A DNA stretch of 64,000 nt, taken from an uncultured Alphaproteobacteria bacterium (lineage in GTDB: Bacteria > Pseudomonadota > Alphaproteobacteria > M2410). The notes under the pieces are model-generated. The model was given only the letters and a program-made list of their open reading frames with translations, ran no database searches and was not told the DNA's origin. This document shows positions 1 through 9,526 of the stretch, piece after piece. Within the stretch, counting starts at the first letter, position 1, and every line of letters starts with the position of its first letter. The stretch covers positions 5,933 through 69,932 of the forward strand of contig CBFDBJ010000004.1 of the NCBI GenBank assembly GCA_965603015.1, in the 5' to 3' direction. The position numbers and the translations under genes are program-made.

Positions 1-73
1 TTTTGTCCAGGACACCTTCAATCAAACGACGCTGTGTCGGATCGTCGTCAATTATGAGTACGCTGTTAGACAT
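1..73 (-). CDS. Response regulator receiver domain protein, N-terminal fragment; the gene continues beyond the window start
   Basis: Minus-strand translation from the ATG at 73..71 gives MSNSVLIIDDDPTQRRLIEGVLDK, a typical CheY-like receiver N-terminus with the DD acidic pocket. Confidence 0.4.
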   Translation of the reverse strand, partial: MSNSVLIIDDDPTQRRLIEGVLDK

Positions 74-577
74 ATTCCCCGTAACCCTGTCCTGTGTCGA
101 TCATTCGGCTGCACGCCCGGATGGTAAAATTCGCGATGATGCGTTTAGCGGTTCCAGCCTTTTCAACCCATTCGAGAAATAGGACCGGAACGCTTGCGTA
201 TTGTGCGCGAGAATTGTAAAGACCGACTTAAGGCGAAGAAGTGCCAATAATTACAATATATTATCAACTGGCATCGGATTTGGACTTCAACGGTCAAAGA
301 ATACCTCGGAAAAGGCGGGCCGAGAATACAATCCGGATTCTGGAAAATATGTGTTGTCAATTTGCAACAATTGGGATGCCAAAGTAGTGCATCTCTTTCT
401 CTCGGCGGCATGTTCATGGTCTGCGTAGCACTATCCGATGTAAATGCTGTTGTGGGTTGGCATTATCCATGCACATCTTGCCTCATGGATTAAAAGGGGT
501 CTCAAAATGGGACTGGAATCTTGATACGAGGGGTCCGCGGCCTTTGGAGTATCGAGGAAATGAAACGGAGATTTCTT

Positions 578-1459
578 ATGAAGAATATTTCGCGCCTGGT
601 CGCAATTGTTGTTTTTGCCGGGTTGGCAGGTTGCGGCCTGAAAGTCGAGCCCTTCCTGGCGATGGACATCGAGGGGGATAACTTCAATTCTTACCTTGCT
701 CGTGAATATCAGCATAGAACCAGTACGGAAGTGGATGTGGACGGGAACTGGACTCATGCCGACAAACTTGCTGCCAGGGGCGTTGCTGCCGCTGCCGGTG
801 ACACAGTTGAGCCATGGATTGCGTCCGACTACAATGTCTCAACACTGGATGTTTCTGAATTTGAAAAGGCGCGTGATCGTCTGATGGCTGCCCTGAACAG
901 CGGTGGTCGGACACAGTCTCCGGAAGCGTGTGCGAAGGCCCAGGTCTACTATGATGGCTGGGTCGAGCAAGCGCATGACAACGATTGGGGCGAAGGTCTG
1001 TTTGGCCCGGTACAGCCGGATTATGTTGTTGCCGAGCGCACCGCTTTTTATGAAATTCTGCCAATCTGTGAAGGGGGACGTGCTCCGGTACCGATGGCTC
1101 CGGCCTCTCAAAACGATGATGCCAATGTTATTTCCAACTTCACCGTTTATTTTGGCTTCAATGCGTCTACTTTGACGTCTGCCGCAACGGCCATTGTCGA
1201 GGAAATTGCGTCCTTTGCCGGCGAGCTTACAAATCCGAAAATTGTTGTGCGCGGGCATACCGACAGCTCCGGCTCTTCGGCTTACAACCTGGCGCTTTCA
1301 GAGCGTCGCACACTTGCTGTGTTGAGAGCCCTCAGGGCTCATGGTGCCGGTGATGCTACAGGTACCTGGGCCGGTGAAGGGGAACCTGCTGTTCCGACCG
1401 CCGACAACATTCGTGAGCCACTGAACCGCCGTGTTCAGGTGACGATCAAAAGCGAATAG
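578..1459 (+). CDS. OmpA-family outer-membrane lipoprotein with a C-terminal OmpA/peptidoglycan-binding domain
   Basis: Lipobox MKNISRLVAIVVFAGLAGC with GGAG 9 nt upstream of the ATG at 578. C-terminus FGFNASTL...VRGHTDSSGSSAYNLALSERRTLAV is an OmpA_C signature. The ORF track starts at 521, but the internal Met with the signal peptide is preferred. Confidence 0.75.
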   Translation: MKNISRLVAIVVFAGLAGCGLKVEPFLAMDIEGDNFNSYLAREYQHRTSTEVDVDGNWTHADKLAARGVAAAAGDTVEPWIASDYNVSTLDVSEFEKARDRLMAALNSGGRTQSPEACAKAQVYYDGWVEQAHDNDWGEGLFGPVQPDYVVAERTAFYEILPICEGGRAPVPMAPASQNDDANVISNFTVYFGFNASTLTSAATAIVEEIASFAGELTNPKIVVRGHTDSSGSSAYNLALSERRTLAVLRALRAHGAGDATGTWAGEGEPAVPTADNIREPLNRRVQVTIKSE

Positions 1460-1544
1460 GATAGCCGGCTGAATTAAATTTCAGCCAGCTAACCAAAAAC
1501 GAAACAATTGAGCCCGGCCTGTTGCTGACAGGCCGGGCTTTGTT

Positions 1545-3353
1545 TTGTATGTTTTGTCCATGCAAAATGAACTCTTTGACAAAGACCCTTTATGGGATCT
1601 GTCGGCTCTCTATCCAACGATGGACAGTCCGAAAATTCGTGAAGATCTTGAGCACGCCTCACAGTGGGCCGATGACTTTTGTAGCCGCTTTGAGGGCAAG
1701 CTTGCTGTGCTTCTGGGGTCTGCCGATGGCCCGGCGCAGCTCGGAGCCGCGCTGCAGGAATACAATGATCTGGGTGAACTGGCGGATCGTCCCTCGGTCT
1801 ATTCCTTCCTGGTTCATGCCTGTGCCGGGGATGACGCCGCGGTTGGCAAGTTTTACGGAGCGACCCGCGAAGCGGTCACAGCGATTTACTCCAAAACACT
1901 GTTCTTTGCACTGGAGCTTAATTCGCTTGCAGACGAGGTGCTGGACAAAGCCTGGTGCGATCCGAAGGTTGCCGAGTATCGTCCATGGATCGAAGCCATT
2001 CGGGCCGAGCGCCCGTGGCAATTGTCGACGGATCTGGAGCGCTTGCTGCATGACAAGAGCCTGACCGGGAGCCAGGCCTGGAACCGTCTCTTTGATCAGC
2101 TCATGGTATCGCTTCGGTTTGATATTGGTAATGAACGGCTGACCAGCGAAGAGGCTTTTGCCCGGCTTGCAGACGCAAAGACCGAGACTCGCAAACAGGC
2201 GGCGACGGGATTGTCGAAAACCTTTGCTGAAAACAAAACTGTCTTTTCCCATATCACCAATACACTGGCCAAGGACAAGGCCATTGAGACCGAGTGGCGC
2301 GGGCAGCCGGATATGGCGACGGCGCGGCACTCCTCCAATAGAGTTGAAGCGGAGGTTGTCGAAGCGCTGACAGCGACGGTCAAGGCATCCTATGCCGATA
2401 CCGCGCATCGCTACTATGCGCTCAAAGCCAAATGGCTCGGCGTGGACGCGCTGGATTTCTGGGACCGCAATGCGCCGCTTCCAGGATCTGATGATCACCT
2501 TATCCCCTGGACGGAGGCAAAGGACATTGTGCTGACAGCCTTCGGCGGGTTTGAACCGAAGATGGCCGATATTGCGCGGCGCTTCTTTGAGGAAAACTGG
2601 ATTGATGCGCCAGCCCGGTCAGGCAAGACCGGCGGTGCGTTTTCCCATCCGTCGGTGCCGAGCGCGCATCCTTATGTGCTGGTCAATTACCTCGGCAAGC
2701 CGCGCGATGTGGCAACGCTGGCTCATGAGCTGGGCCACGGCGTTCATCAGTATCTGGCGGCGCCGCGCGGTAACATTCTGGCCGACACGCCGTTGACACT
2801 GGCGGAGACGGCCAGCGTCTTTGGTGAGATGTTGACGTTTCAGTCGCTCCTGGAGCGCGCCAGTGATGCAGCCTCGCGCAAGCGGCTGATTGCCGGCAAG
2901 GTTGAGGACATGCTCAACACTGTTGTACGTCAGATCGCCTTTTATGATTTTGAGCGCCGTATTCACGCCGCGCGTCTGGACGGCGAGCTGACGGCGGATG
3001 AAATTGGCGCAATCTGGCTCGACGTTCAGCGTGAGAGCCTCGGACCTTCGGTCAAGATGAACCCGGGCTATGAGACCTGGTGGTGCTATATCCCGCATTT
3101 TCTGCATACACCGTTTTATGTCTATGCCTACGCGTTTGGTGAATGTCTGGTGAACTCGCTCTACGCGGTCTATCAGCGTGAACCGGACGGCTTTCAGGAG
3201 AAATATCTGACCATGCTGGCCGCCGGGGGTACCCTGCGCCATAAGGAGCTGCTGGCACCGTTCGGTCTTGATGCCTCAAAACCTGATTTCTGGCAGGAAG
3301 GCATGTCGGTGATTTCCGGGTTTATCGACCAGCTGGAAGCGATGGAGGGGTGA
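1545..3353 (+). CDS. pepF: Oligoendopeptidase F family (M3B) metallopeptidase
   Basis: 602 aa with the HELGHGVHQY zinc HEXXH motif and M3-family length and architecture. Confidence 0.8.
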   Translation: MYVLSMQNELFDKDPLWDLSALYPTMDSPKIREDLEHASQWADDFCSRFEGKLAVLLGSADGPAQLGAALQEYNDLGELADRPSVYSFLVHACAGDDAAVGKFYGATREAVTAIYSKTLFFALELNSLADEVLDKAWCDPKVAEYRPWIEAIRAERPWQLSTDLERLLHDKSLTGSQAWNRLFDQLMVSLRFDIGNERLTSEEAFARLADAKTETRKQAATGLSKTFAENKTVFSHITNTLAKDKAIETEWRGQPDMATARHSSNRVEAEVVEALTATVKASYADTAHRYYALKAKWLGVDALDFWDRNAPLPGSDDHLIPWTEAKDIVLTAFGGFEPKMADIARRFFEENWIDAPARSGKTGGAFSHPSVPSAHPYVLVNYLGKPRDVATLAHELGHGVHQYLAAPRGNILADTPLTLAETASVFGEMLTFQSLLERASDAASRKRLIAGKVEDMLNTVVRQIAFYDFERRIHAARLDGELTADEIGAIWLDVQRESLGPSVKMNPGYETWWCYIPHFLHTPFYVYAYAFGECLVNSLYAVYQREPDGFQEKYLTMLAAGGTLRHKELLAPFGLDASKPDFWQEGMSVISGFIDQLEAMEG

Positions 3354-3418
3354 AACCGGCCCGCGAGCCAGGCTCAAACCCCTTGGCAAATGACCCGGCG
3401 TGGCTTAACCCAGTCCTC

Positions 3419-4402
3419 ATGAGTAATGACAGAGAAAAATTTGAGGCGCAGTGGCCCGATCTCGGCGAGGCCGTTTTCACCCTGGCGCCCTTTCAGGGGG
3501 CGAGGCCGCCGGCACCGCAATGGTTTGTCAAAGCTCTGGCAGACAAGCCTGAAGAACACTTCATTGAGGTTGACGGCGTGCAGATCCAGTATCTGCGTTG
3601 GGGCGACCGGGCAAAACCGGGCCTCATTCTGTCCCACGGCAACGGTGCCCATGCCCATTGGTGGGCCTTTATCGCACCTTATCTCGCGCAGGAGTACAAT
3701 GTAGCGGCTCTCAGCTTTTCCGGGATGGGGGATAGCCAGGAGCGCAACAGCTACTCCCTTGAAGACTACGCGCGGGAGCAAATTGCGGTCTGTGAACATT
3801 CCGGCATGTTTGAGAATGACGAGCCGCCGATTATCGTAGCGCACTCTTTCGGCGGCTTTGCCACCATGGTGACCGGTGCGCTCTATGGCGACCGTCTTGC
3901 CGGCGTGATTATTGTCGACAGCCCGATTAATCCTGACCGGGACGGGGGGCCGCCGGATCGTGAGGGGCGGCCGCACCGGATCTACCCGACGCTGGCAGCA
4001 GCGCTGGCGCGGTTCCGTCTTGCACCGCCGCAGACCTGCGAAAATGCCTATATTGTCGATTACATCGCCCGCAACTCTCTTAAAGAAGTTGAGGGCGGCT
4101 GGACCTGGAAGTTTGATCCACTGATCTGGCAGCGTTTTGAAATCGGAGATCGGGCTCAAAGGCTCAAGGAGATCTCCTGCCGCCTTGCCATCATGCGGGG
4201 CGAACGCTCGCTGATTTTTCCGCCCGAGATTGGCGACTATATGTTTGAACTTCTGGGCAAGAATGTTCCGGTCATCGAAATTCCCGAGGCTCAGCACCAT
4301 ATCATGCTGGATCAGCCGCTGGCCTTTGTTGCGGCCCTGAGAGCCTTGCTGGGCGACTGGAACCACTCAAAACCGAATCGAAAAGGTCCTGTGTCCAGCT
4401 GA
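3419..4402 (+). CDS. Alpha/beta-fold hydrolase
   Basis: HGNGAHAHWW oxyanion region, AHSFGG nucleophile elbow (GxSxG) and a C-terminal His. Alternative GTG start at 3350 overlaps the pepF stop (GTGA). Confidence 0.7.
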   Translation: MSNDREKFEAQWPDLGEAVFTLAPFQGARPPAPQWFVKALADKPEEHFIEVDGVQIQYLRWGDRAKPGLILSHGNGAHAHWWAFIAPYLAQEYNVAALSFSGMGDSQERNSYSLEDYAREQIAVCEHSGMFENDEPPIIVAHSFGGFATMVTGALYGDRLAGVIIVDSPINPDRDGGPPDREGRPHRIYPTLAAALARFRLAPPQTCENAYIVDYIARNSLKEVEGGWTWKFDPLIWQRFEIGDRAQRLKEISCRLAIMRGERSLIFPPEIGDYMFELLGKNVPVIEIPEAQHHIMLDQPLAFVAALRALLGDWNHSKPNRKGPVSS

Positions 4403-4528
4403 TAACAGGGGTTTGGCGGGGCCCTGGATGGGTCAGGCGGGCGGATACTTTGTCGCATTGTTCGGGCCTTGCCCTTCGAGCTGCTTTCGCCTATTTTGCG
4501 CCGCAACAATGATGTAAGGATTCGTAGA

Positions 4529-4639
4529 ATGGATATTTCCCAAAACCAGAAAACCTGGGTCAACTTTGTTCGGCTGGTCAAGTACAGCTCGATTGTGGTC
4601 TTCGGGTCGACGCTTGTCTTGATGTTTATCTTTGGCTAG
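4529..4639 (+). CDS. 36-aa single-TM micro-protein resembling aa3-type cytochrome oxidase subunit IV (PF07835-like)
   Basis: MDISQNQKTWVNFVRLVKYSSIVVFGSTLVLMFIFG; the K-T-W-x-x-F motif followed by a hydrophobic helix matches my recollection of the CoxIV_pro_2 family. TAAGGA sits 12 nt upstream. The gene lies immediately upstream of pntAA, as is frequent in alphaproteobacteria. It is absent from the ORF track because it is under 60 aa. Confidence 0.4.
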   Translation: MDISQNQKTWVNFVRLVKYSSIVVFGSTLVLMFIFG

Positions 4640-4782
4640 ATCGTGAACGAGGGCGAGACATTTCTTGTTTCCCTCGTTTAGGCTCAAATTTGATCATGAG
4701 GTCGGGCGGTTTTGTCCGATTGTGATCACCTGAGTTGCCGCAATAACAATAATAAATTTTCTATTTCTGAGGGCACCTTCCC

Positions 4783-5913
4783 ATGAAGCTTGGAATTCCG
4801 AAAGAGACGGCGGCGAATGAAACTCGGGTTGCGGCCAGTCCCGATACGGTTAAAAAATTTATCGGTCTTGGCTTCGAGGTTGCGGTTGAAACCGGGGCCG
4901 GCGATGGCGCCTATATTCCGGACAGCGAATTTGAGGCCGTAGGTGCAACAATTGCTGCGACGAAAAAAGATGCAATCGGTGATGCCGATGCGGTCTTGAT
5001 GGTTGCGCGTCCGACGGCGGACGAAGTGGCGCTGATGAAGCGGGGCGCTGTGCTGGCCTCAATCCTTGCTCCCCACGCGGACAAGGATTTTGTCAAGACC
5101 TATGCCGATGCGGGTGTTGATGCGTTTGCCATGGAGTTCATGCCACGGATTACACGGGCCCAGTCCATGGACGTTCTTTCTTCGCAATCAAATCTGGCCG
5201 GTTACAAGGCGGTGATTGATGCGGCAGCCGAATTTGGCCGGGCCATGCCGATGATGATGACGGCTGCGGGTACCGTTGCTCCGGCGCGGGTGTTGATCAT
5301 GGGAGTTGGCGTTGCCGGGCTTCAGGCCATCGCCACCGCCAAACGTCTGGGCGCCATTGTTTCGGCCACAGATGTGCGACCTGCGACCAAGGAGCAGGTC
5401 GAAAGCCTCGGCGGGAACTTTATCATGGTCGAGAGCGAAGAGACGGCAGATGCCGAGACTTCGGGCGGCTACGCAAAGGAAATGTCGGACGATTACAAGA
5501 AGGCGCAGGCTGCGCTTATTGCCGAGACCATCAAGAAACAGGACATTGTCATTTGTACCGCGCTCATTCCTGGACGGGCGGCCCCTGTGCTGGTGACCGA
5601 GGATATGGTCGCGTCGATGAAGCCGGGGTCCATTATTATTGATCTGGCGGTTGAGCAGGGCGGCAATTGCCCGCTTTCAAGGCCGGGTGAGATCGTCGTC
5701 GTGAATGGCGTCAAGATTGTCGGGCATCTGAATGTGCCAGGCCGTCTTGCAACAGATGCTTCACAGCTTTATGCGAAAAACCTTCTTAACTTCATCGAAC
5801 CCCTGGTTGACACCGAAAACGGTTGCCTGAAAATCGACTGGGACGATGAGATCATTACCGGAACGGCTCTGACCCATGACGGCGCAGTCGTTCATCCTCA
5901 ATTGACGTCATAA
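4783..5913 (+). CDS. pntAA: NAD(P) transhydrogenase subunit alpha part 1
   Basis: [26 protein letters not shown]..., alanine-dehydrogenase/PNT N-terminal family with the dI NAD-binding GVGVAG motif. Confidence 0.9.
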   Translation: MKLGIPKETAANETRVAASPDTVKKFIGLGFEVAVETGAGDGAYIPDSEFEAVGATIAATKKDAIGDADAVLMVARPTADEVALMKRGAVLASILAPHADKDFVKTYADAGVDAFAMEFMPRITRAQSMDVLSSQSNLAGYKAVIDAAAEFGRAMPMMMTAAGTVAPARVLIMGVGVAGLQAIATAKRLGAIVSATDVRPATKEQVESLGGNFIMVESEETADAETSGGYAKEMSDDYKKAQAALIAETIKKQDIVICTALIPGRAAPVLVTEDMVASMKPGSIIIDLAVEQGGNCPLSRPGEIVVVNGVKIVGHLNVPGRLATDASQLYAKNLLNFIEPLVDTENGCLKIDWDDEIITGTALTHDGAVVHPQLTS

Positions 5914-5959
5914 GAACAAAACAAGCTGCACTGTTGCGGCGAGACAAAAGGACCGTCTC

Positions 5960-6262
5960 ATGGAAGCTGGAATTTCCGATATCGTCTATCTCCTGAGCAT
6001 TTTTGTGCTGGCGATTTTTGTTGGTTACTTCGTGGTCTGGTCAGTAACACCAGCACTGCATACGCCATTGATGGCGGTGACCAACGCCATTTCATCTGTG
6101 ATCATTGTCGGCGCGCTCATTGCGATCGGTGTGGGGACCGGCGAGGGTGGTGCTGTGGCCAAGTGGCTCGGGTTTTTCGCTGCGATTATGGCCGGTGTCA
6201 ATATCTTCGGCGGCTTCCTGGTGACCCAGCGCATGCTGGCTATGTACAAGAAAAAGAAATAG
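5960..6262 (+). CDS. pntAB: NAD(P) transhydrogenase subunit alpha part 2 (membrane)
   Basis: 100-aa polytopic hydrophobic protein lying between pntAA and pntB. Confidence 0.85.
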   Translation: MEAGISDIVYLLSIFVLAIFVGYFVVWSVTPALHTPLMAVTNAISSVIIVGALIAIGVGTGEGGAVAKWLGFFAAIMAGVNIFGGFLVTQRMLAMYKKKK

Positions 6263-6271
6263 GGGCCAGTC

Positions 6272-7738
6272 ATGGATAGCATTACACAGCAGCTCAAGGG
6301 TGCCGCCGGTGCCCATGCCGGTTCCGGATTTGGACCTGGCGATCAGTCGGCACTGCTTTATACGATTGCCGGCATTCTCTTCATTCTGGCCTTGCGCGGT
6401 CTGTCCTCGCCGGAAAGCTCCCGACGGGGCAACTTGCAGGGGATGGCCGGGATGGCCATCGCCATTGCCACGACGCTGATCTACAAGATCGAAGGATCTG
6501 CCTCTACCTGGGGACTGATTGTTGTCGGGCTCGGTGTCGGCGGGGTCATTGGCGCCGTTATCGCGCGCCGGATTGCGATGACCGATATGCCGCAGCTCGT
6601 GGCGGCGTTTCACTCGCTTGTCGGGATGGCCGCGGTGCTGGTTGCCTGGGCAGCCTTTATGGCGCCCGAGGCTTTTGGCATTGGCGGTTTTGGGAATATT
6701 CATCTCAATTCCATGATTGAAATGTCAATCGGTGTTGCGATTGGTGCCGTTACGTTCTCCGGCTCCGTCATTGCGTTTGCCAAACTGCAGGGCATCATGT
6801 CCGGCGCGCCGATCATGTTGCCCGGTCGGCATGTGATCAACGGCGCCCTGGCGCTTGCCATTGTCGGCGGCATTGTCCTTTTGTGTGTGGATAGTTCCAA
6901 CCAGACTGTCACGATGTTTCTTGTTGTGACGCTGCTGGCCTTTGTGATTGGCTTCCTGATCATCATTCCGATTGGCGGCGCTGACATGCCAGTTGTTGTT
7001 TCCATGCTGAATTCCTATTCAGGTTGGGCAGCAGCGGGCATCGGTTTCACCATGCATAATATGGCCTTGATCATCACCGGTTCTCTGGTGGGGTCGTCAG
7101 GTGCCATTCTGTCCTATATTATGTGCAAGGCCATGAACCGGTCTTTCTTCTCCGTGATCCTTGGCGGCTTTGGCGGTGATGATGCGGCGGTAACGGGCGG
7201 CGTGATTGAGACGCGCCCGGTCAAGCGCGGCTCTGCGGAGGACGCGGCCTTCATCATGAAGAACGCCAATCATGTCATCATTGTGCCCGGTTACGGTATG
7301 GCCGTCGCCCAGGCGCAGCATGCGCTGAAGGAGATGGCCGAATTGTTGAAAGAAGAAGGCGTCAAGGTTTCCTATGCGGTTCACCCCGTTGCAGGGCGGA
7401 TGCCGGGGCACATGAATGTGCTGCTTGCTGAGGCCAGTGTCTCCTACGACGAGGTCTTTGAGCTGGAGGATATCAATTCGTCCTTCCCGACAGCCGATGT
7501 TGCTTTTGTTATCGGTGCCAATGATGTGACCAACCCGGCCGCCAAGACTGATCCGTCAAGCGGGATCTATGGCATGCCGATCCTTGATGTTGAAAAGGCC
7601 GCAACGGTGCTCTTTATCAAGCGAAGCCTTGCCACCGGGTATGCCGGTGTCGATAACGAGCTGTTCTTCCGGGACAACACGATGATGCTTCTGTCCGATG
7701 CCAAGAAGATGGTCGAAGGCATCATCAAGGCGCTTTAG
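6272..7738 (+). CDS. pntB: NAD(P) transhydrogenase subunit beta
   Basis: 488 aa with an N-terminal membrane domain and a C-terminal dIII NADP(H) domain (GYGMAVAQAQH, ANDVTNPAA...). Confidence 0.9.
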   Translation: MDSITQQLKGAAGAHAGSGFGPGDQSALLYTIAGILFILALRGLSSPESSRRGNLQGMAGMAIAIATTLIYKIEGSASTWGLIVVGLGVGGVIGAVIARRIAMTDMPQLVAAFHSLVGMAAVLVAWAAFMAPEAFGIGGFGNIHLNSMIEMSIGVAIGAVTFSGSVIAFAKLQGIMSGAPIMLPGRHVINGALALAIVGGIVLLCVDSSNQTVTMFLVVTLLAFVIGFLIIIPIGGADMPVVVSMLNSYSGWAAAGIGFTMHNMALIITGSLVGSSGAILSYIMCKAMNRSFFSVILGGFGGDDAAVTGGVIETRPVKRGSAEDAAFIMKNANHVIIVPGYGMAVAQAQHALKEMAELLKEEGVKVSYAVHPVAGRMPGHMNVLLAEASVSYDEVFELEDINSSFPTADVAFVIGANDVTNPAAKTDPSSGIYGMPILDVEKAATVLFIKRSLATGYAGVDNELFFRDNTMMLLSDAKKMVEGIIKAL

Positions 7739-7793
7739 CCGGTCTTTCAGTCCGAGACAGTTGTCGCAGGACTTTGCGGTTTTATGCGCGGCC

Positions 7794-9347
7794 CTACGGC
7801 GCGGTTTGTTCGTCGGGGGTCAGGGGCAATTCGATCCAGAAGGTGCTGCCGGTTCCGACCTCACTTTCAAATCCGATGCGTCCCGACAGATTTTCCACGA
7901 GAATTTTTGTTGTGGCAAGGCCGATGCCGCTGCCTTCGACCGCTGCCCGGTCGGTCATCTTGATCCGGTGAAACATCTGAAACATCTCTGGACGGTCTTC
8001 CTCGGCGATACCGATGCCTGTGTCTGTCACTGACAGGTGCAGGAAACCATCGCCGGTTCTGTGCCCTGTGATTGTTACTGACCCTTGATCCTTGTTGTAC
8101 TTTATCCCGTTGGCGATGAGATTTACCAGGATCTGGTTGAGTCTGAGATGATCGGTATGAAGATACGCTGACGGACCATGACTGAAGTCATCGATCACTG
8201 TGATCTTTCGTGCCTTCCCCAGCGGGGTCGTCATCGCGACACAGTCTTCGACAACTTCATTGGCATGGACTTCGTCAAGCGACAGATCCAGCTGACCGGC
8301 ATCGATCTTCGCCAGATCCAGAGTGCGGTTGACGAGTTTGAGGAGGTGATCACCGCCCTCGATTATATAGTCACAATGCTCAACCTGTTCTGCCGAAAGC
8401 GGGTTCCTTTTGTCGGAGCGAAGGATCTGTGCAAATCCGAGAATGGCGTTGAGCGGGGTTCTGAGCTCGTGGCTCATGCTGGCCAGAAACATCGACTTGG
8501 CCTCGTCGGCTTTCCGGGCTTCCTGTGTCGCCTTGATCAGGGCCTCTCTTGTACGCCAGTCCCGGGTTATGTCGTGGACGATGCCGTCCATGCGAACTGG
8601 TGTTCCATCGGGGTCTCGCAGCACTTCACCCAGTTCCTGGACTACCTTTTCCTCTCCGTCAGGGCAAACTATCCTGTGAGTGATGGAATAGGGCGTGTCG
8701 TTTTTAACAGTGTCGTTGACAGCATTGGATACGCGTTGCTGATCATCGGGATGAATCGTCTTCAGGAAAGCCTCATAGGTCGCCTCAAATTCCTGTGGGC
8801 GAAGGCCAAATATCCGATAGATCTCGTCTGACCACGCCAGATCGCCGGTCGTTATGTTCCACTCCCAATTGCCAATGTGAGCAATGGCTTGCGCGCGTGC
8901 AAGGCGGGCTTCGCTATTTGCCAGCACCCGGCTGATTTCTTTGGAGGGTGAAGTGTCCCGACAGATCGCTGTGAATTGATAGGTGCTCTCTGCAGAGTGT
9001 TTGTGAATTGAGATCTCGAGAGTCAATTCCTCACCGCTTTTTGTTCTGCCGGTGATTGAGGGGCGTACTGACATTCGGCGCGCTGCGGCTTGTTCCGATT
9101 GAAAGGCCTGAATTTTTCGAAGATGCCCGCCTCTAAACTTTTCGGGGAGCAAAAGATTGAGGGGTTTACCTATGACCTCTTTACCAGAGTATCCGAAAAG
9201 AAACTCGGCAGCCGTATTAAAAATGACAATATTCATCTTGTGGTCAATTGACACGACTGCATCTGAAGTGAGTTCTAGAAACTCCTCCATCTGAAGGGGA
9301 ATAGAATCCTGTTCAGTGCTATTCATGCGACCCTGTCTTTCTTCCAA
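7794..9347 (-). CDS. Cytoplasmic PAS-PAS sensor histidine kinase
   Basis: Two PAS-like segments, an HisKA H-box SHELRTPLNAILGFAQIL and an HATPase_c (GSGIGLATTKILVE); no transmembrane segment. Confidence 0.85.
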   Translation of the reverse strand: MEERQGRMNSTEQDSIPLQMEEFLELTSDAVVSIDHKMNIVIFNTAAEFLFGYSGKEVIGKPLNLLLPEKFRGGHLRKIQAFQSEQAAARRMSVRPSITGRTKSGEELTLEISIHKHSAESTYQFTAICRDTSPSKEISRVLANSEARLARAQAIAHIGNWEWNITTGDLAWSDEIYRIFGLRPQEFEATYEAFLKTIHPDDQQRVSNAVNDTVKNDTPYSITHRIVCPDGEEKVVQELGEVLRDPDGTPVRMDGIVHDITRDWRTREALIKATQEARKADEAKSMFLASMSHELRTPLNAILGFAQILRSDKRNPLSAEQVEHCDYIIEGGDHLLKLVNRTLDLAKIDAGQLDLSLDEVHANEVVEDCVAMTTPLGKARKITVIDDFSHGPSAYLHTDHLRLNQILVNLIANGIKYNKDQGSVTITGHRTGDGFLHLSVTDTGIGIAEEDRPEMFQMFHRIKMTDRAAVEGSGIGLATTKILVENLSGRIGFESEVGTGSTFWIELPLTPDEQTAP

Positions 9348-9526
9348 ATTCGAGTGGTGTTATACCTTCCTACTGTCTTCAGGATCAGTTGAATTTGGTT
9401 GATTTGTATGCCGACTATAGGAGCCTGACTACCAGAGTATTGTTTAACTACGCACTGGTTAACAGGCGTTTAAAGTCGTATGGCGACGGGCGGTCTTTGA
9501 CCTTGGAGCAATCTGATGCAGCTGTA

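Noticed and set aside
3374-4366. 330-aa minus-strand ORF
   Set aside because: It lies wholly antisense inside the alpha/beta hydrolase gene. It is Arg/Pro/Gly-rich, as expected when reading a high-GC coding region in the wrong frame, and has no start context.
7739-7793. Possible terminator hairpin after pntB / the kinase 3' end (GCGCGGCCCTACGGCGCGG)
   Set aside because: The stem cannot be drawn as a perfect inverted repeat and lacks a clear U-tract, so it is too weak to list as a feature.
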